From assembly GCA_951406725.2 (NCBI GenBank), contig OX597821.1, positions 38,936,001 through 39,000,000 on the forward strand: a DNA stretch of 64,000 nt, in the 5' to 3' direction. The translations under genes were made by a program, and so were the position numbers. Of this stretch, positions 1 to 12,221 are shown piece after piece. Origin of the DNA: Octopus vulgaris (taxonomy: Eukaryota). The first letter of the stretch is position 1. The number at the start of each line of letters is the position of its first letter. The notes under the pieces were generated by a model. That model saw only the letters and a program-made list of their open reading frames with translations, did not search any database and was not told the DNA's origin.

Positions 1-185
1 TTGCTTCCAAACCACATGGTTCTGGGTTCAGTCTCAAGTGTCTTCTACTACAGCCTTGGGCCAACCAAAGCCTTTGTGAGTGTATTTGGTAGACAGAAAC
101 TGAAAGAAGTCTGTTGTATATATATATATGTATGTTTATTTGCTCCAGCATGGCTGCAGTCAAATGACTGAAGCAAGTAAAAGAG
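1..185 (+). mobile_element. tRNA-derived SINE, family A (cut by window edge, internally deleted)
   Basis: B-box-like GGTTCAGTC, core ...gtgtcttctactacagccttgggccaaccaaagcc...aaactgaaagaag, then (TA)n and tail gcagtcaaatgactgaagcaagtaaaag; matches copies at 4102 and 43291. Confidence 0.8.
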
Positions 186-289
186 AAAAAACAAAAAGAA
201 AAAAGTGGGATAGATTTATTCCATGAGGAAGAAGAGAAGCTTAACATTTGGGGCTGAAAGTTTGAGGGCGAATATTCATATCCTATTAA

Positions 290-509
290 CCCTTTCGTTA
301 TTGTATTTCTGTTGAGATGCTCTGTGTTTCTTTCAATTACCTTAAATATAAAAAAGAATTTAGTAAAATAACTTAGTTATCATTCAACTAGTGTTAGGAA
401 CATAAATAGTGATTAAGGTTTGATGGAAGATTTTAATTCAAAACTTATGAAAACAAGACATTTGTACTCAGAGCCAGAGCCAATTTCAGGTGGGTCGGTA
501 ACGAAAGGG
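290..509. mobile_element. piggyBac-type MITE, family 1
   Basis: TTAA at 286-289; TIR CCCTTTCGTTA...TAACGAAAGGG; similar along its length to 29505-29726. Confidence 0.8.
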
Positions 510-3009
510 TATTTTTGTTTACATCTAAATGCCATTTACTTGAAAATTTGTTTATTAATAGTATACCTTTTCTTATCTGAACTAGTGCTCCCACTGCCTA
601 TATTTATGAGCCATACCAATTTACTGTGTCTACAGCTTGGTAAGCTCTGACTCCAAAAATTGTCTTCAATAACACACACAAAAAAGAGAAACTGCTGACC
701 TCTTTACAAATTGCCTGGAACCCTATTAGCTGAACCCTTTGTTGGTTGACATAAGGATGTTAAACAGATTCAGCAGAAAATACAGCTATTAATTTACTTC
801 TTATTCAATTTTCAACTGTCAGACACTTTCTGTCAATGAAATCTGGGATATTTTTTTGGCAATAGGGTTTTAATTTATTTATTATTATTACGTTTTTGTT
901 CCCTATGAATGTGTTTTGGAAGGCAGCACGTGAAGAATTTATATCTGTACCTAGGCTCCTGTCATTACAAAAATCTATAACATTATGGATGGGCGTCTGA
1001 GCTGAACAAAGGCCACTTCAGTAAGAATCTATTAGAATAGCTGTTTATAATTCTGTATATGTTAGATATCTGAGCAAGTGTGAACTGACTGACTGAGTAA
1101 GGTATTAAGATTGTCAGTTCATATCCATTGTAAACATTTTATTGTGTATATCTACAGGCTGTTCTATTTTATGTTGCCTCACCACACCACTCTTTTCTGA
1201 AAGAGTCACTGAGAGTAGACTAGTTTCATTCTACTGGGTTTCAAGTTCAAACCTTCTTGGGATCAATAAAATTAATACTAGAATGAAATCAATAAATAAT
1301 AATAATAATAATGATGATGATGATGATGATAACTGTCTCCTATAAATGTGTGACATTATGTCAAAGCAAGAATTTATTGTATAGTGAAAGGGATTTATGA
1401 ATGTTGTAAAGTTCTTACTGCAATATCAATAAATATCAGCCTTATCACATGATCACAGTGAACAAAAGATGTATCAATAATAAATAAATAAATAAAAGTT
1501 AAAACACAGGGGACATGTCAGAGGGAAATGATCCCCACTATTAAAATTTTAGTATTTTCCACACCTTTTAGTTAAATTATATAAAAGTTAAATGGGAAAA
1601 CCCTTTGAAAAATTTTTCAACTTTCATCAATAGTTTTCTATAGAAAGTGTAATTCTTAATTCAGAATATTTCCAAATGTTGAAAATAAGAATAAAAAAAA
1701 AACAAAAAAACGTGAACCAAAATGCAGTTACGAAAAAGGATAAGAAATAAATAATAGCAACACAATAATACACAAACCCCTTATTTTTTTTTTTCTTAAA
1801 GAAATGATTTAATGTTCTACTAAGGAGGCTCTTTTCAAAAGATCACTTTCTTCAGAACAGGCTTTCTTCTTTGTCTTTCTTTTTATGGACAATTTTTTCA
1901 AACAGTAACTCGACTACTATATTCTTTGGTTACCTTTGATAGTGGAAAAATATCTTATGATAATTGCTTCAATGTTTAAAAATGAGGCAGCATATGCTGC
2001 ATATTGCATAGGTTTTTTTTTTTTTTGTAATGTTTTATAGATTCGATTTGATATTTATTTATTTTTCAATAAATGATTCAAGCTTGATTTGTATTGCTCT
2101 GAAAGAAAGTTACACGGAAAGAATGGCTTTGGAAATGTTATTATCTGTTCCCTCCTCCCAGAAAACCCATGAACACTTCCAAATAAACAATGAATGAAAT
2201 ATCAAATAAAACTTTATATATGTTACCTTTCTGAAGGTGATGGTGGTGATGGTGGAGGAATAAATTTTTTTTGCTTTAAGAATTGCAGGAATAAAATCTG
2301 GTAAGGGTAGTAAAAGAAGGAAAGAGAGAAAGAAGTGTAAGAAAAATGAGGGCTAAAATGGTTTTCTGAGAGGAAGAAAAGCAAATGAATGAAAATTTTT
2401 ATTGAATGAATAAAATAAACAGTGAAAAAAGAAAAACAAATTTAAATCATTGGGCCTGGGTTTCCATTCTCTCATACTTGTAAAATAAAAATTTGGTTTT
2501 TCAAACTAATAAATATAAAATTCTTATACAATATACTTGCAGACATATAAATACAGACATTTGTACAGGTTTATATACACATGTGCATACATATAGATTC
2601 AAAATATAAAAATATAAATAATGCATATAAAAACAGCAACATTGATGCAGTTAGAGAGCTTTGATAGCACTTGCAAACAACATTGTATCACATGCATTTA
2701 TGTTGCCATTCATAATTACATTTAGAATGTTGCAAAGAACTGTAGCTTTTAATAAAAGTATTTATTCATGTAATAATGCTGTGTTATAAGATAAAATTTT
2801 CTTCCTCAAATGTTATCCATTTTTGGGGGGGGAAATGTTTCTACAGCTTGTTGAAAACTTTATTTTTTTTTAATACTTTGACACAATTCTCATTTTGTAA
2901 ATGAAGTAAAGTAAAACAGGATGATTTTTACCACAATATCTACTGGTACTTATTTTATAAAAATTGAAAACCATTATACAACTATGGTAAGATTTCAATT
3001 TGTAAAACT

Positions 3010-3190
3010 ACTTAGGATAACTAAATTTACCTGGGGTAACTACATGCATTTGGGATAACTACATTACCTGGTATAAATAAATGTACATAGGGTGGCTTAA
3101 TGTACTAGGGGTAACTAAATGTACATAGGGTGGCTTAATGTACTAGGGGTAACTAAATGTACTTCAGAGAACTAAATGTACTTGGGGGTG
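3010..3190. repeat. ~19-bp minisatellite containing an exact 38-bp dimer duplication
   Basis: Units like taactaaatgtacNNgggg; aaatgtacatagggtggcttaatgtactaggggtaact occurs at 3079 and 3117. Confidence 0.85.
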
Positions 3191-4101
3191 CTTCTGTACT
3201 CAATCTCTCAATACAAGAATTGATGTTTGTTTGGGCAGTGAATTCCTCCTAGTAAGTGTTTTGACCCTTTTCCTTATCCCATGAAAATTACCAGGGGTTA
3301 CCCACCAACACAAGGGACAAGGCACAATTATTAATTGTTATTATGGTGCTGTTTGGTTTACTAAGTCCTGTTGCTTTAATGATTCTTAATGATTTACGAC
3401 TGTAAATCTGAAGAATAACAAAGTCACTTCAGCTTAGAACTTAGTCACAAATATGATTTAATTTTGGTCTTATTTGCTCTGCAGTAATGATTTGAAAAAA
3501 ACTCATAGCTCTGAGAGTTTTGTAGAATTTGAACCAACCCCATATTGAATACAGAACAGAGAGAGAGAGAGAGAGAGAGAGTGGTGGTGGAGGTTAGACT
3601 ATATAAGATGTTTTAGTTTGGTATTTCCTGTTTCTGCCACTTCATTATTCTTTGAAATTTATCAATAATAAAATAGTTGTAGTTTTTATTCCTATGCCAT
3701 TTTCTGTTCGTATTTTCCTTGCTGACATTGAAACATGTATATTAGTGAGAATTCGACTGATAAGTATATTCCAAAATAGCTGATTTATTCTGTGGAATCC
3801 CAATATTTTTTTCTCTTCATCCAATGTGGCACACAATGTTGAAAGTAGCTGCTTTAAATTTCTTCTCACACAAGTTACAGATATGGCACGCTAATAGCTC
3901 CAAGCTATGCAACAAATACTCTATCATGCTTTGAGTTAACATGTTTCCAGTTTAAATCTTGCTGGAAGCAGTGTGTAGTCGGCAGCGTTTTTCTCACAAG
4001 CAACTTAACTTTCTCCTCCTTTTCATTAAATATGTTTAACTGCTGAGCCAAGTTTTCTGAGTTGTATGTAGTAAAGATTTTCATTTGATTTATATATTAT
4101 A

Positions 4102-4482
4102 GGTGCAGGTGTGGCTGTGTGACAAGAAGTTTGCTTCCCAACCACATTGTTCTGGGTTCAATCCCACTGTATGACACCTTGAACAGGTGTTTTTTTGCTT
4201 CTTTTTTTCAGGTTTATCAAATCTTTGTGAGTGGATTCGGTAGATACAAACTGAAAGAAGCTTGTTATATGTATGTATATATATATGAGTGTGTATGTGT
4301 CTTTGTGTCTGTCTCCCACCACTGCTAGTTGTGTTTATGTCCCCATAACATAGTTCAGTAAAGGAGACCTATAGAATAAATACTAGGTTACTAATAAGTA
4401 CAGGGGTCATTTTGTTCAACTAAAATTTTCCAAGATGGCGCCCCAGTATGGCTGCAGCCTAATGACTGAAACAAGTAAAAGA
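4102..4482 (+). mobile_element. SINE family A, near full length (head, microsatellite, tail type 1)
   Basis: A-box-like tggctgtgtga, B-box-like ggttcaatccc, internal TA/TG repeat, 3' end tgactgaaacaagtaaaaga; homologous to 43291-43699. Confidence 0.85.
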
Positions 4483-4762
4483 TAATATACATATTATGTT
4501 TATTAAAACAACACTTCCATAAGAAATATTATCTTTGGATGAACATCACAGTAAATTTTCTCTCCTTGATGTATTTACATGTAATATGATTCAGAGATAG
4601 CTGTTTTAATCTAATACTACATAAAATGGATTTTAAAAATTAATTTGAATTTACTTCTATGGGTTGTCTCCCCTGCCTTTCTTGACTATAGTTCAGATAT
4701 TTATGTCTGTCCCTTCACTTCAGCTGTCATTACAATGAAACTTTTTGAGATTCACTCATTAA

Positions 4763-4981
4763 GCCTTTAGTGTTTAGATTACTCTGTCGAATATAATGCT
4801 TATTTATTCACATTGTTTTGAATTAATTCTGCATTATCTTGTGGTTTTGAGATTTCAAAGATGTGGTTGCTTATTTTTAGACAAGCATTGTAGGGTAGGT
4901 GTGAAAGGCTGGATCTGGTAAGTTTGAACATAAACAGGTAGAATATTTGTGTCTGATATGATTGGTTTAAATGCTAAAGTG
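4763..4981. mobile_element. piggyBac-type MITE, family 2 (decayed)
   Basis: ttaa|gcctttagtgttt ... aaatgctaaagtg|tcaa, a decayed TTAA-CCCTTTAGCATTT TIR pair; ~220 bp; interior unrelated to family 1. Confidence 0.6.
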
Positions 4982-7122
4982 TCAAATAAGTTATCACTGA
5001 TGTAATTAATTATTTTACACCAGGCAGATGTACCTGGGTATTTTGTCCCCAAAATCATTCTGATTTGAGCCTAAGTCAAGCCATCTTCACTTTGGATTTA
5101 GTGAAAAATGTTTGTATGTTGCTTGTTTGAACATCTGCCCAAGTACAAGAGTGAAATGATGAAATAGATTTAAATTTGTTTAATTACGGAATATTAAAAC
5201 AACTGAATAATACGACACAGTATTTTGCTCTTTCTCGGCTATTTTTGCTTTATTAGGAATGTGACAATATTTTGAATGATGAGACTAAAACAAACATTTT
5301 TTGGCATAGAGAATGGACATTTCAATGAAAGAGATACAGCGAGAATATACAGATAATGTGATGAAATATGTACAGTGAAAGCAGGAAAAAAAAACAATGA
5401 AATATGATAAAAAAATAAAAGATTTATAGTCTGAGTCAAAATACACACCAACGCAACAAAAACATGGCCATTAGTAAGATTCCAGCACTTTGCTAATGTC
5501 ATGTGAATCCCACATGTGTGCTATAGATAATAAATTTAACTTTTGAAATGACTAAATAATTGTTTTTTTTTCCCTTATCTTTGTAAAGAGCAATTCTAGT
5601 CCTCTTCATATTATTGGCAGGAAAATTAGCCATATTAGATGAGAGAATTTGAAAGCAGGAATAATATAAACATAGTAAAAGAGAGGAAGAAGTGTGAATA
5701 TAAATGAAATCTCATAGAATGAGCTGAAATAAGAGAAGGAAAGTGTTAGAGTATATAAAAAGTGAATATATTGTGTGTTGAAGTGATGAAAAACAGCGAA
5801 CAAACATACTATAACATCTGAACAAAATATATTTTAGAAATACAATTAATTTTTTCATTTTTCTCGCTTTCTATCTGATTTATTTATATATATATATTTT
5901 TTGTCAGATCATATTTTATTCAATTGTTTATAATTTTTGTTTCCTCCGGGATATTTTCTCATTCCATTGAATATAAATGCTTTTCCTGTCCATGCATTTT
6001 TCATAAATTTTTCTCTATAAATTTCATTTAATTATGTTTCTTTTTGTACTCTTTTCTTTCAAACATATGTACTTGTTGTTTGTCAAACATCTTTGTTTGA
6101 TCTGTTCAAATGGTTGGTTACTTCTCAGAAGCTGACCTTCAATGTTGACAGTGTCTTCATGAAGAAAGCAAATTTTCAGTCTCACTTTTATTGTCTGAAA
6201 TTTCAAAACTGCGTTTTAACAACTTCAATGTTTCTGCAAAAAATCCTTAAAATTTTTAACATACATCCTTTCCTAGATTATGTTACCCATGCATTTTAAA
6301 AATCTTTTGAACAAATAGCTTCAAAGATGGAGGTGCTATGTCTATTTGTTGAAGAAGGACATTGTAACACCGTCTTTGAAACTCAACAAGTTTATGGACA
6401 ACAAAATAGACTGTATTCTTAAACACAAGAAAACACCTATTTCTTAAAAACAAACAAACAAAAACATTAAGATGAGACTATGTGGAAGCAACTAGTAGGC
6501 TTAAAACCAAAAATTTTGTTTAATTAAAATAAAATATGGAATGCAAAAAGGATTGAATCTAATTTTTTTTAGCAGTGTAGAATCAAGTGTGGGTATATTT
6601 TAGTCTTTTGGGGGCTCTTCAGTAAATCCTAACCATTACTGTAGATCTTTTGTTGTCTCAAGAATTACAACAGATGTTTGTATATTAACTAAGGGAACAA
6701 TTAAATGAAAATACTTAGGGATGCCTTCTGCTTAAAGATTTAATAGTAAAGTTGGTATTAGTATATTTGGTCGAGCAAGACAAGGGATTTTAATTCATTA
6801 AACATACATCTTTAATACAGTTATTCTATAGAAAAGCAAAAAGCAGAAGGAAACATCTACCTTCTCCATTGTCTTAAATTTGAGTAAATCTGATGTTTTA
6901 CAGTGCATTGACAAATATAGAAATATTTAATAGTGTTGGACCTAGGGGTGGATAGGAGACAGGTGGAAGAAATTTCTTTCTTCTGGTGCTGTTCTGCAGT
7001 TATTTGGATTGTTTCAGCGTCAGTTTCTTTTATGAAATAAAATAACAAAAATTTTTTCAACTAAACTCAGCAGCAAAGCAAAAATTCTTCTACTGGCTGC
7101 CAAACAAATATTACCTCTTTTT

Positions 7123-7290
7123 GGTCACTCAAGCTGCTAGAAATAGCAGCCAAATCTCTCTCAAACAATATTGAATGAGGAAAGGGTACATAAAATAATG
7201 TAATCCTTGACAAAATATCTGAAATAAAAGATAGGGTGGTCATGGCTGGAATGCCTTTCATCAGAGGCCTCTTCTATAAGGTCTGACTAT
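7123..7290 (+). repeat. dispersed short repeat, family C
   Basis: ctgctagaaatagcagccaaatct...ggtcatggctggaatgcc; reverse-strand relatives at ~21420-21545, ~40150-40310 and ~58765-58925. Confidence 0.6.
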
Positions 7291-8979
7291 GGGTCAAATG
7301 ACAACAACTCAACATGACATGTCTGAATCCACCTTGCTAGCCTTCACTGTGATTCCTAATATAACATCCCTCACTACCACACTATGGTAAAAAGAAAAAC
7401 TGTATTTTAGAGTACCGAGTACCCAGGGTGATCTTCTAATATGGAAGAGCAGGATGTATAGTGAACATAGATAGACACTTACTGCATCTAATGTATTGTA
7501 CTAATCTCCTACCTAGCAAGGCAATTTGCCAGATTGTAGAGTCAAGTCCCTCCTAAACAAGACAACTTGCTAGATTGCACTGTGAATGTATGCTCTATTT
7601 TAGCCTTTAGGACTTAAATATGTTTAATACTTTTGATTGTAGATCATCATCATCATCTTCATTGGATCCAAAATGGTGTTACAAGATGTAGCTAGGAGTG
7701 CCGCAAAAATAATAGAATTTTATTTAAAACATGTGAAAAATACAAATGGAAATTCAGCATTTCATTTATTGAATGAAGAGTAATTACTTAATAATATTCT
7801 GTACTTTAAAATATTTATATTTATTGGCTAAACTATATTACCTCATTTATAGATATTCTGATTTTCATGCACAAAATTCAGCAAAATATTTTTATTTGCT
7901 TTGAAGTGTTTGAGAATCATTGTTCTCGATCTTTCTTCCAATCCTCTAATTTTCCCAAAATGTTTCTTGACATTTTAATTGATTAGGCATGCAGTTGGAT
8001 GCTTATTCATAGATTTACACTAGTTTTGGTGGGCCAAAATATAATTCCATGCTGAGTAAGTCAAGAATCTACTGAAACATGTTGCAGAATTGTTGTCCCT
8101 CAACTTGCTAGGAATAATTAAAGTAGAAACCTAAAGTTATATTTTAGGTGTAAAATATATTAATTTAATTAAAAATAAAGATAAATTTAAAAGCTGAATA
8201 GGTCAATACATATAGAGGGTGGTGCTCCACCCTTTGAATTTTATAATTGTTAAAATTTAAATATATACTGCATGCAATACAGTTTATTGACTGAAAACTT
8301 CATGCTACACTTACTTAGCAGGCATTGATCACAGCTAGATGTCCATTTGTAAGTGTAAGCTTATATGAAATATATCGCAGTTATTGCCTCATATATTGCC
8401 AAAAATATTTTGGGTGTATTCCCAGTTTTTTTATCAACACTAAATGTGCTTTAAGTAAATTAATTAATTGTATATGCTTTCATATGTGAACCGTATATGA
8501 TGAGTTGGTGGGGAGTGGGGGAAACAATAAACCCATGTCCAGAACTCAAACCAGGCATCTCTTACTTGCTTGCCAGCTAATCATGTTATTGATTATACTG
8601 ACTTACCACCTCTTCCTCTTAAATTTGGTATTTTAAATATTTATTCGCTATTTAACAGGACTATTCACTCTCCACAAGAATCATACTTGTTTAACAAATG
8701 ATTTCTAAACCACTGGGTGTTAGCAGAACAGGTTATTTCACTAATTTCCATCCTAGCAATGTCTCGTGCTTTGATTTCATGAATGAGACTAGAATTGACC
8801 CAGAGAATATGAAATTATAACATTTAAGATTAGAATATGAAATTTTATATGTAACAAAGCACATGGTATTGTGTATGTGTGTGTGTGTGAACACATGTGC
8901 GCATGCATATGAATGAATGTATGTGTGAGTGTGTGTGAATATGCATGAGAGTGTATGTGTGTATGTGTTCGTGTGTGTG

Positions 8980-9118
8980 TGTTTCCTTGTTTTCTTTTCT
9001 GTTGATGAGTGTAGGCTCAAAACATAAAAGACTTTCTCACCTTCCCGAGCATCAAACTAATACCCCTGTTTGCTGGTTATACACCTGTCTTCGTCTTTTG
9101 TTTTTCTGTAAATTTCAA

Positions 9119-9121
<3 letters not shown>
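8980..9121 (+). mobile_element. short Penelope/retrozyme-like element with a decayed hammerhead motif, ending at (TA)n
   Basis: cttttCTGTTGAtGAGtgtaggCTCaAAACaTaaaag then cttcccgagcatc..aatac, a T-rich tract and aacta-(TA)n; same layout as 49057-49260. Confidence 0.55.

Positions 9122-9179
<58 letters not shown>
9122..9179. repeat. (TA)n microsatellite
   Basis: Pure TA run. Confidence 0.95.
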
Positions 9180-9182
<3 letters not shown>

Positions 9183-10554
9183 CCTATAATAGTGTCTTCT
9201 TCACCTCACCCATTCACACTTACCTATTGTGCTATGTAGTCGAAGCACAAAACAAATGTGTGAAGTCTATAAAATAAAATGAAGCAGTTAATATATTTTT
9301 GAGCATAAAATTGGACAACGTAAATCTGCAATTGTTTATTGATTGAATTATGTGGGGTGCTCATAAAAGAAAGCTAAGTAAATTGAAGTATTAAATATGA
9401 TATATTCTGAAACATTTAAAACATTCTTCTGACAAAGATTTTAATGGTAAAATATTTAAGAAGCTTCAATACTTAGGATTAGTCTGGAGACTCTATGTCT
9501 TCTGTAATATGCAACGCCAATATTGATTGTTAATGGCCATTGGGAGTTGAGTGAGCTAGACTTAACAAAATAATCAACTATTGTGAAATAAGTTATATTC
9601 AATAACAAAAAAAAAGAGAAAAACAAGAGTAAACATGTCTCTACAGTCCACTGGTCTATAATATGTTAAAATTAAAGAGAAAAAGAATGAGAGAGAGATT
9701 TTGAATGGTATCTTAGGGAGAGATTTCTACTGGAATTACATGAAGAATTTAACTATAACTTGCAAGAGAAAAAATGTGATGGATGAGAGTCTCAAAGTTT
9801 AAGTATATCAAAAAACAAAAAAAACTTCATTAAAATTCCATCAAGTTTTAATAACATGTGCAAGTTAAAGTTTTTCTACTGTATAAGAATATATGGGGTA
9901 TATTCCAAAGAGCAAAGCAGACCATTATGAAAGTCTGAAGAAAGAATGACTTTTAAGTAAGATCTCAATAACATTTGTGCACTTAAATCGTATTGATATA
10001 ACAGAGTGTAGAGTGTATGAATAAATAATGGTATTAGATATGAAATAGGTCAGTTTACTACGGAATGGTTGTTGGTTTGAAGAAGATAATGTATTTATAT
10101 CTGATGGAGATGGTGCTTGAAGAAAGAATGGACAACAATTCCTACTGTTAAATCAACACAATTTTTTTTTTTCGAAAATACAATCATGTATTATGTGATT
10201 TGGTTTAGTTTGTTTTCTTCATCTCACACTTGTGATGATGTCCTCCTTTTTCTGGTTAGAAAATTGTTTATGTTTACCCAACAAATTCAAATTGCTGCTA
10301 GAGAATGTTTTGAAAAGAAAGAACAAATAATGCCATATATTTGGTAAGCATCAAAATCTGTAGCCTTTTGTCTTACTATCTTTGTAATACAATAATGCTA
10401 TATGAGGGATGGTTGACTCTGAATTCACTGGACTATATGTACTTCAATTTTAGTAGAATTGTTTTTAATTGAATATACCTCATGTCTCATAATAGCAGGT
10501 TATTTACATATTGTTGAAGTCCCTATTTCCAATAGCAACTGTAAACAGTATTCG

Positions 10555-10880
10555 TTTGTTTTTGTATTACTTGTGGCCATGCTGGAGCATAATTTTGAAA
10601 GATTCAGTGAAGCAAATCAACTTTAAAGCTTATTAAGTTTTGTACTTTTTCCATCAGTCTCTTTTGTCAAACCATTATGGACTGGACAAACAGAAACCTA
10701 ATGATATGCATACACACGTAAGATGGGCTTCCTCACAGTTTCCCTCTACCGAATTTACTCACAAGGCATTGGTTGACCTGGGGCTGTAATAAAAGACATT
10801 TGTTCAAAGTGCCATGGAATGGGATTGAACCTAAAAGGCAGTGGTTGCAAGGCAGACATTTCAACCATAAAGCTTCCACA
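10555..10880 (-). mobile_element. SINE family A (decayed)
   Basis: Reverse-complement tail gtggccatgctggagca and head cagtttccctctaccgaatttactcacaaggc...gggattgaacc. Confidence 0.75.
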
Positions 10881-10899
10881 TAGGATACAATATTGGTGT

Positions 10900-11095
10900 C
10901 AGACTTTGACATATGGCTAGCAATTTGGTGGGAAGGGCTAAGTTGATTACATCGACCCCAGTAGACAACTGGTACCTTTTTCATCGACCTTGAAAGGATG
11001 GAAGGCAAAGTTGGCTTCAGTGGAATTTGAAATCAGATAGGAAAATGCCGCTAAGCGTCTTGTCTGGTGTACTGACAATTCTCCCAGCTCACAGC
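10900..11095 (-). mobile_element. SINE family B (Nin/Deu-like central domain)
   Basis: atcgaccccagtagacaactggtacc...aaaggatggaaggcaaagttggc...gaatttga matches 37490-37726. Confidence 0.8.
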
Positions 11096-12001
11096 TTTAC
11101 ACATATGATAGAATATTAGCAGAGAATGAGATAAACCAACCTCTAATCAACAACTATGGTTGGACTTCATTCATGTTATATATTACCAATCTGTTGAAGG
11201 GAAAACTGCTTTGACTGTTATGCTGAATGTCTCTGAAGTAATTAGTATAAATTAGGTATCAGCTACTCATTACTCTTGTTTTGGTGTCATCCACTGGACA
11301 GCAGGCATACTGGACATCACTCGCAGCAACTCTGCTACCTTATTAGTCATTATTCTTTGAATGCCCAAGTTACTTTCTTTTTTGCATATGAAAGGAAGCA
11401 ACTCCTCCCCACACCATATATTCATTTATTTTACGTCAGTTTTTCTATGCCAGCATAGGTTTGATGGATATATTACTGTAGCATTTTTTTTATAGATCCT
11501 TCCAGCCACTAACCATTACTTGGTTTTAAGTTAGAGACCTCTTATTTCACACATCTTCAAATGTGTGAAGCCAGCAAACAACTGGTTGACAGAAATGATA
11601 ACAACAACACTGCTTCTAGTTTGCCACCTACACAGAAAGCAAATGTAAACCAGTACACACACACACACACACATTAACACTAATTATCACAATAGAGAAT
11701 ATGGAAACTGGTACATTCTCAAAATTTATTTCCTTTTATTTTAAAAGGAAAGACCCCGAATGAAGCTGTACAGAAAATCATGTCCAGTTGCATCTGCAAC
11801 TGCCCATACTCTGTGCAATGGAATCACTTGTCAGTCATAATTGCCATAAAAATGTGACATTGTAAAATAAAGGGAAATAAATTATGAGGATGCACCAGTC
11901 TCGATAGTCTCTGTTGTTGTAATTATTGCTAACACACATAATATTTCGTTTTGGGATTTGGTTTGCAAGATTCTTTATATGAGTTCGTGTGTTGAAGCAT
12001 A

Positions 12002-12221
12002 TTCTGTTGTGTCTGGAGAGAGTCATTCCCTTTTAGTGCCTTATAATGTAACACACTCACCGGTAAAATTTCCACTTATTTCTATTTTCCTAAAATTTTC
12101 GTTGTGCCTTGCAACGAAAATTTTAGGAAAATAAAAATAAAAAATATGTGGAAATTTTACCGGTGAGTGTGTTACATTATAAGGCCCAAAAAGAAAATGA
12201 CTCTCCCCAGACACAACAGAA
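12002..12221. repeat. fold-back inverted repeat, ~105-bp arms, 7-nt spacer
   Basis: 12002-12104 (ttctgttgtgtctgg...aaaattttcgttg) pairs with 12112-12221 (caacgaaaatttt...ccagacacaacagaa), with few mismatches and one small indel. Confidence 0.9.

Noticed and set aside
6857-7040. Possible minus-strand exon (acceptor-like ttttatttcataaaag, one open frame, donor-like AG/gtaga)
   Set aside because: Weak splice signals, unrecognisable peptide and no partner exons
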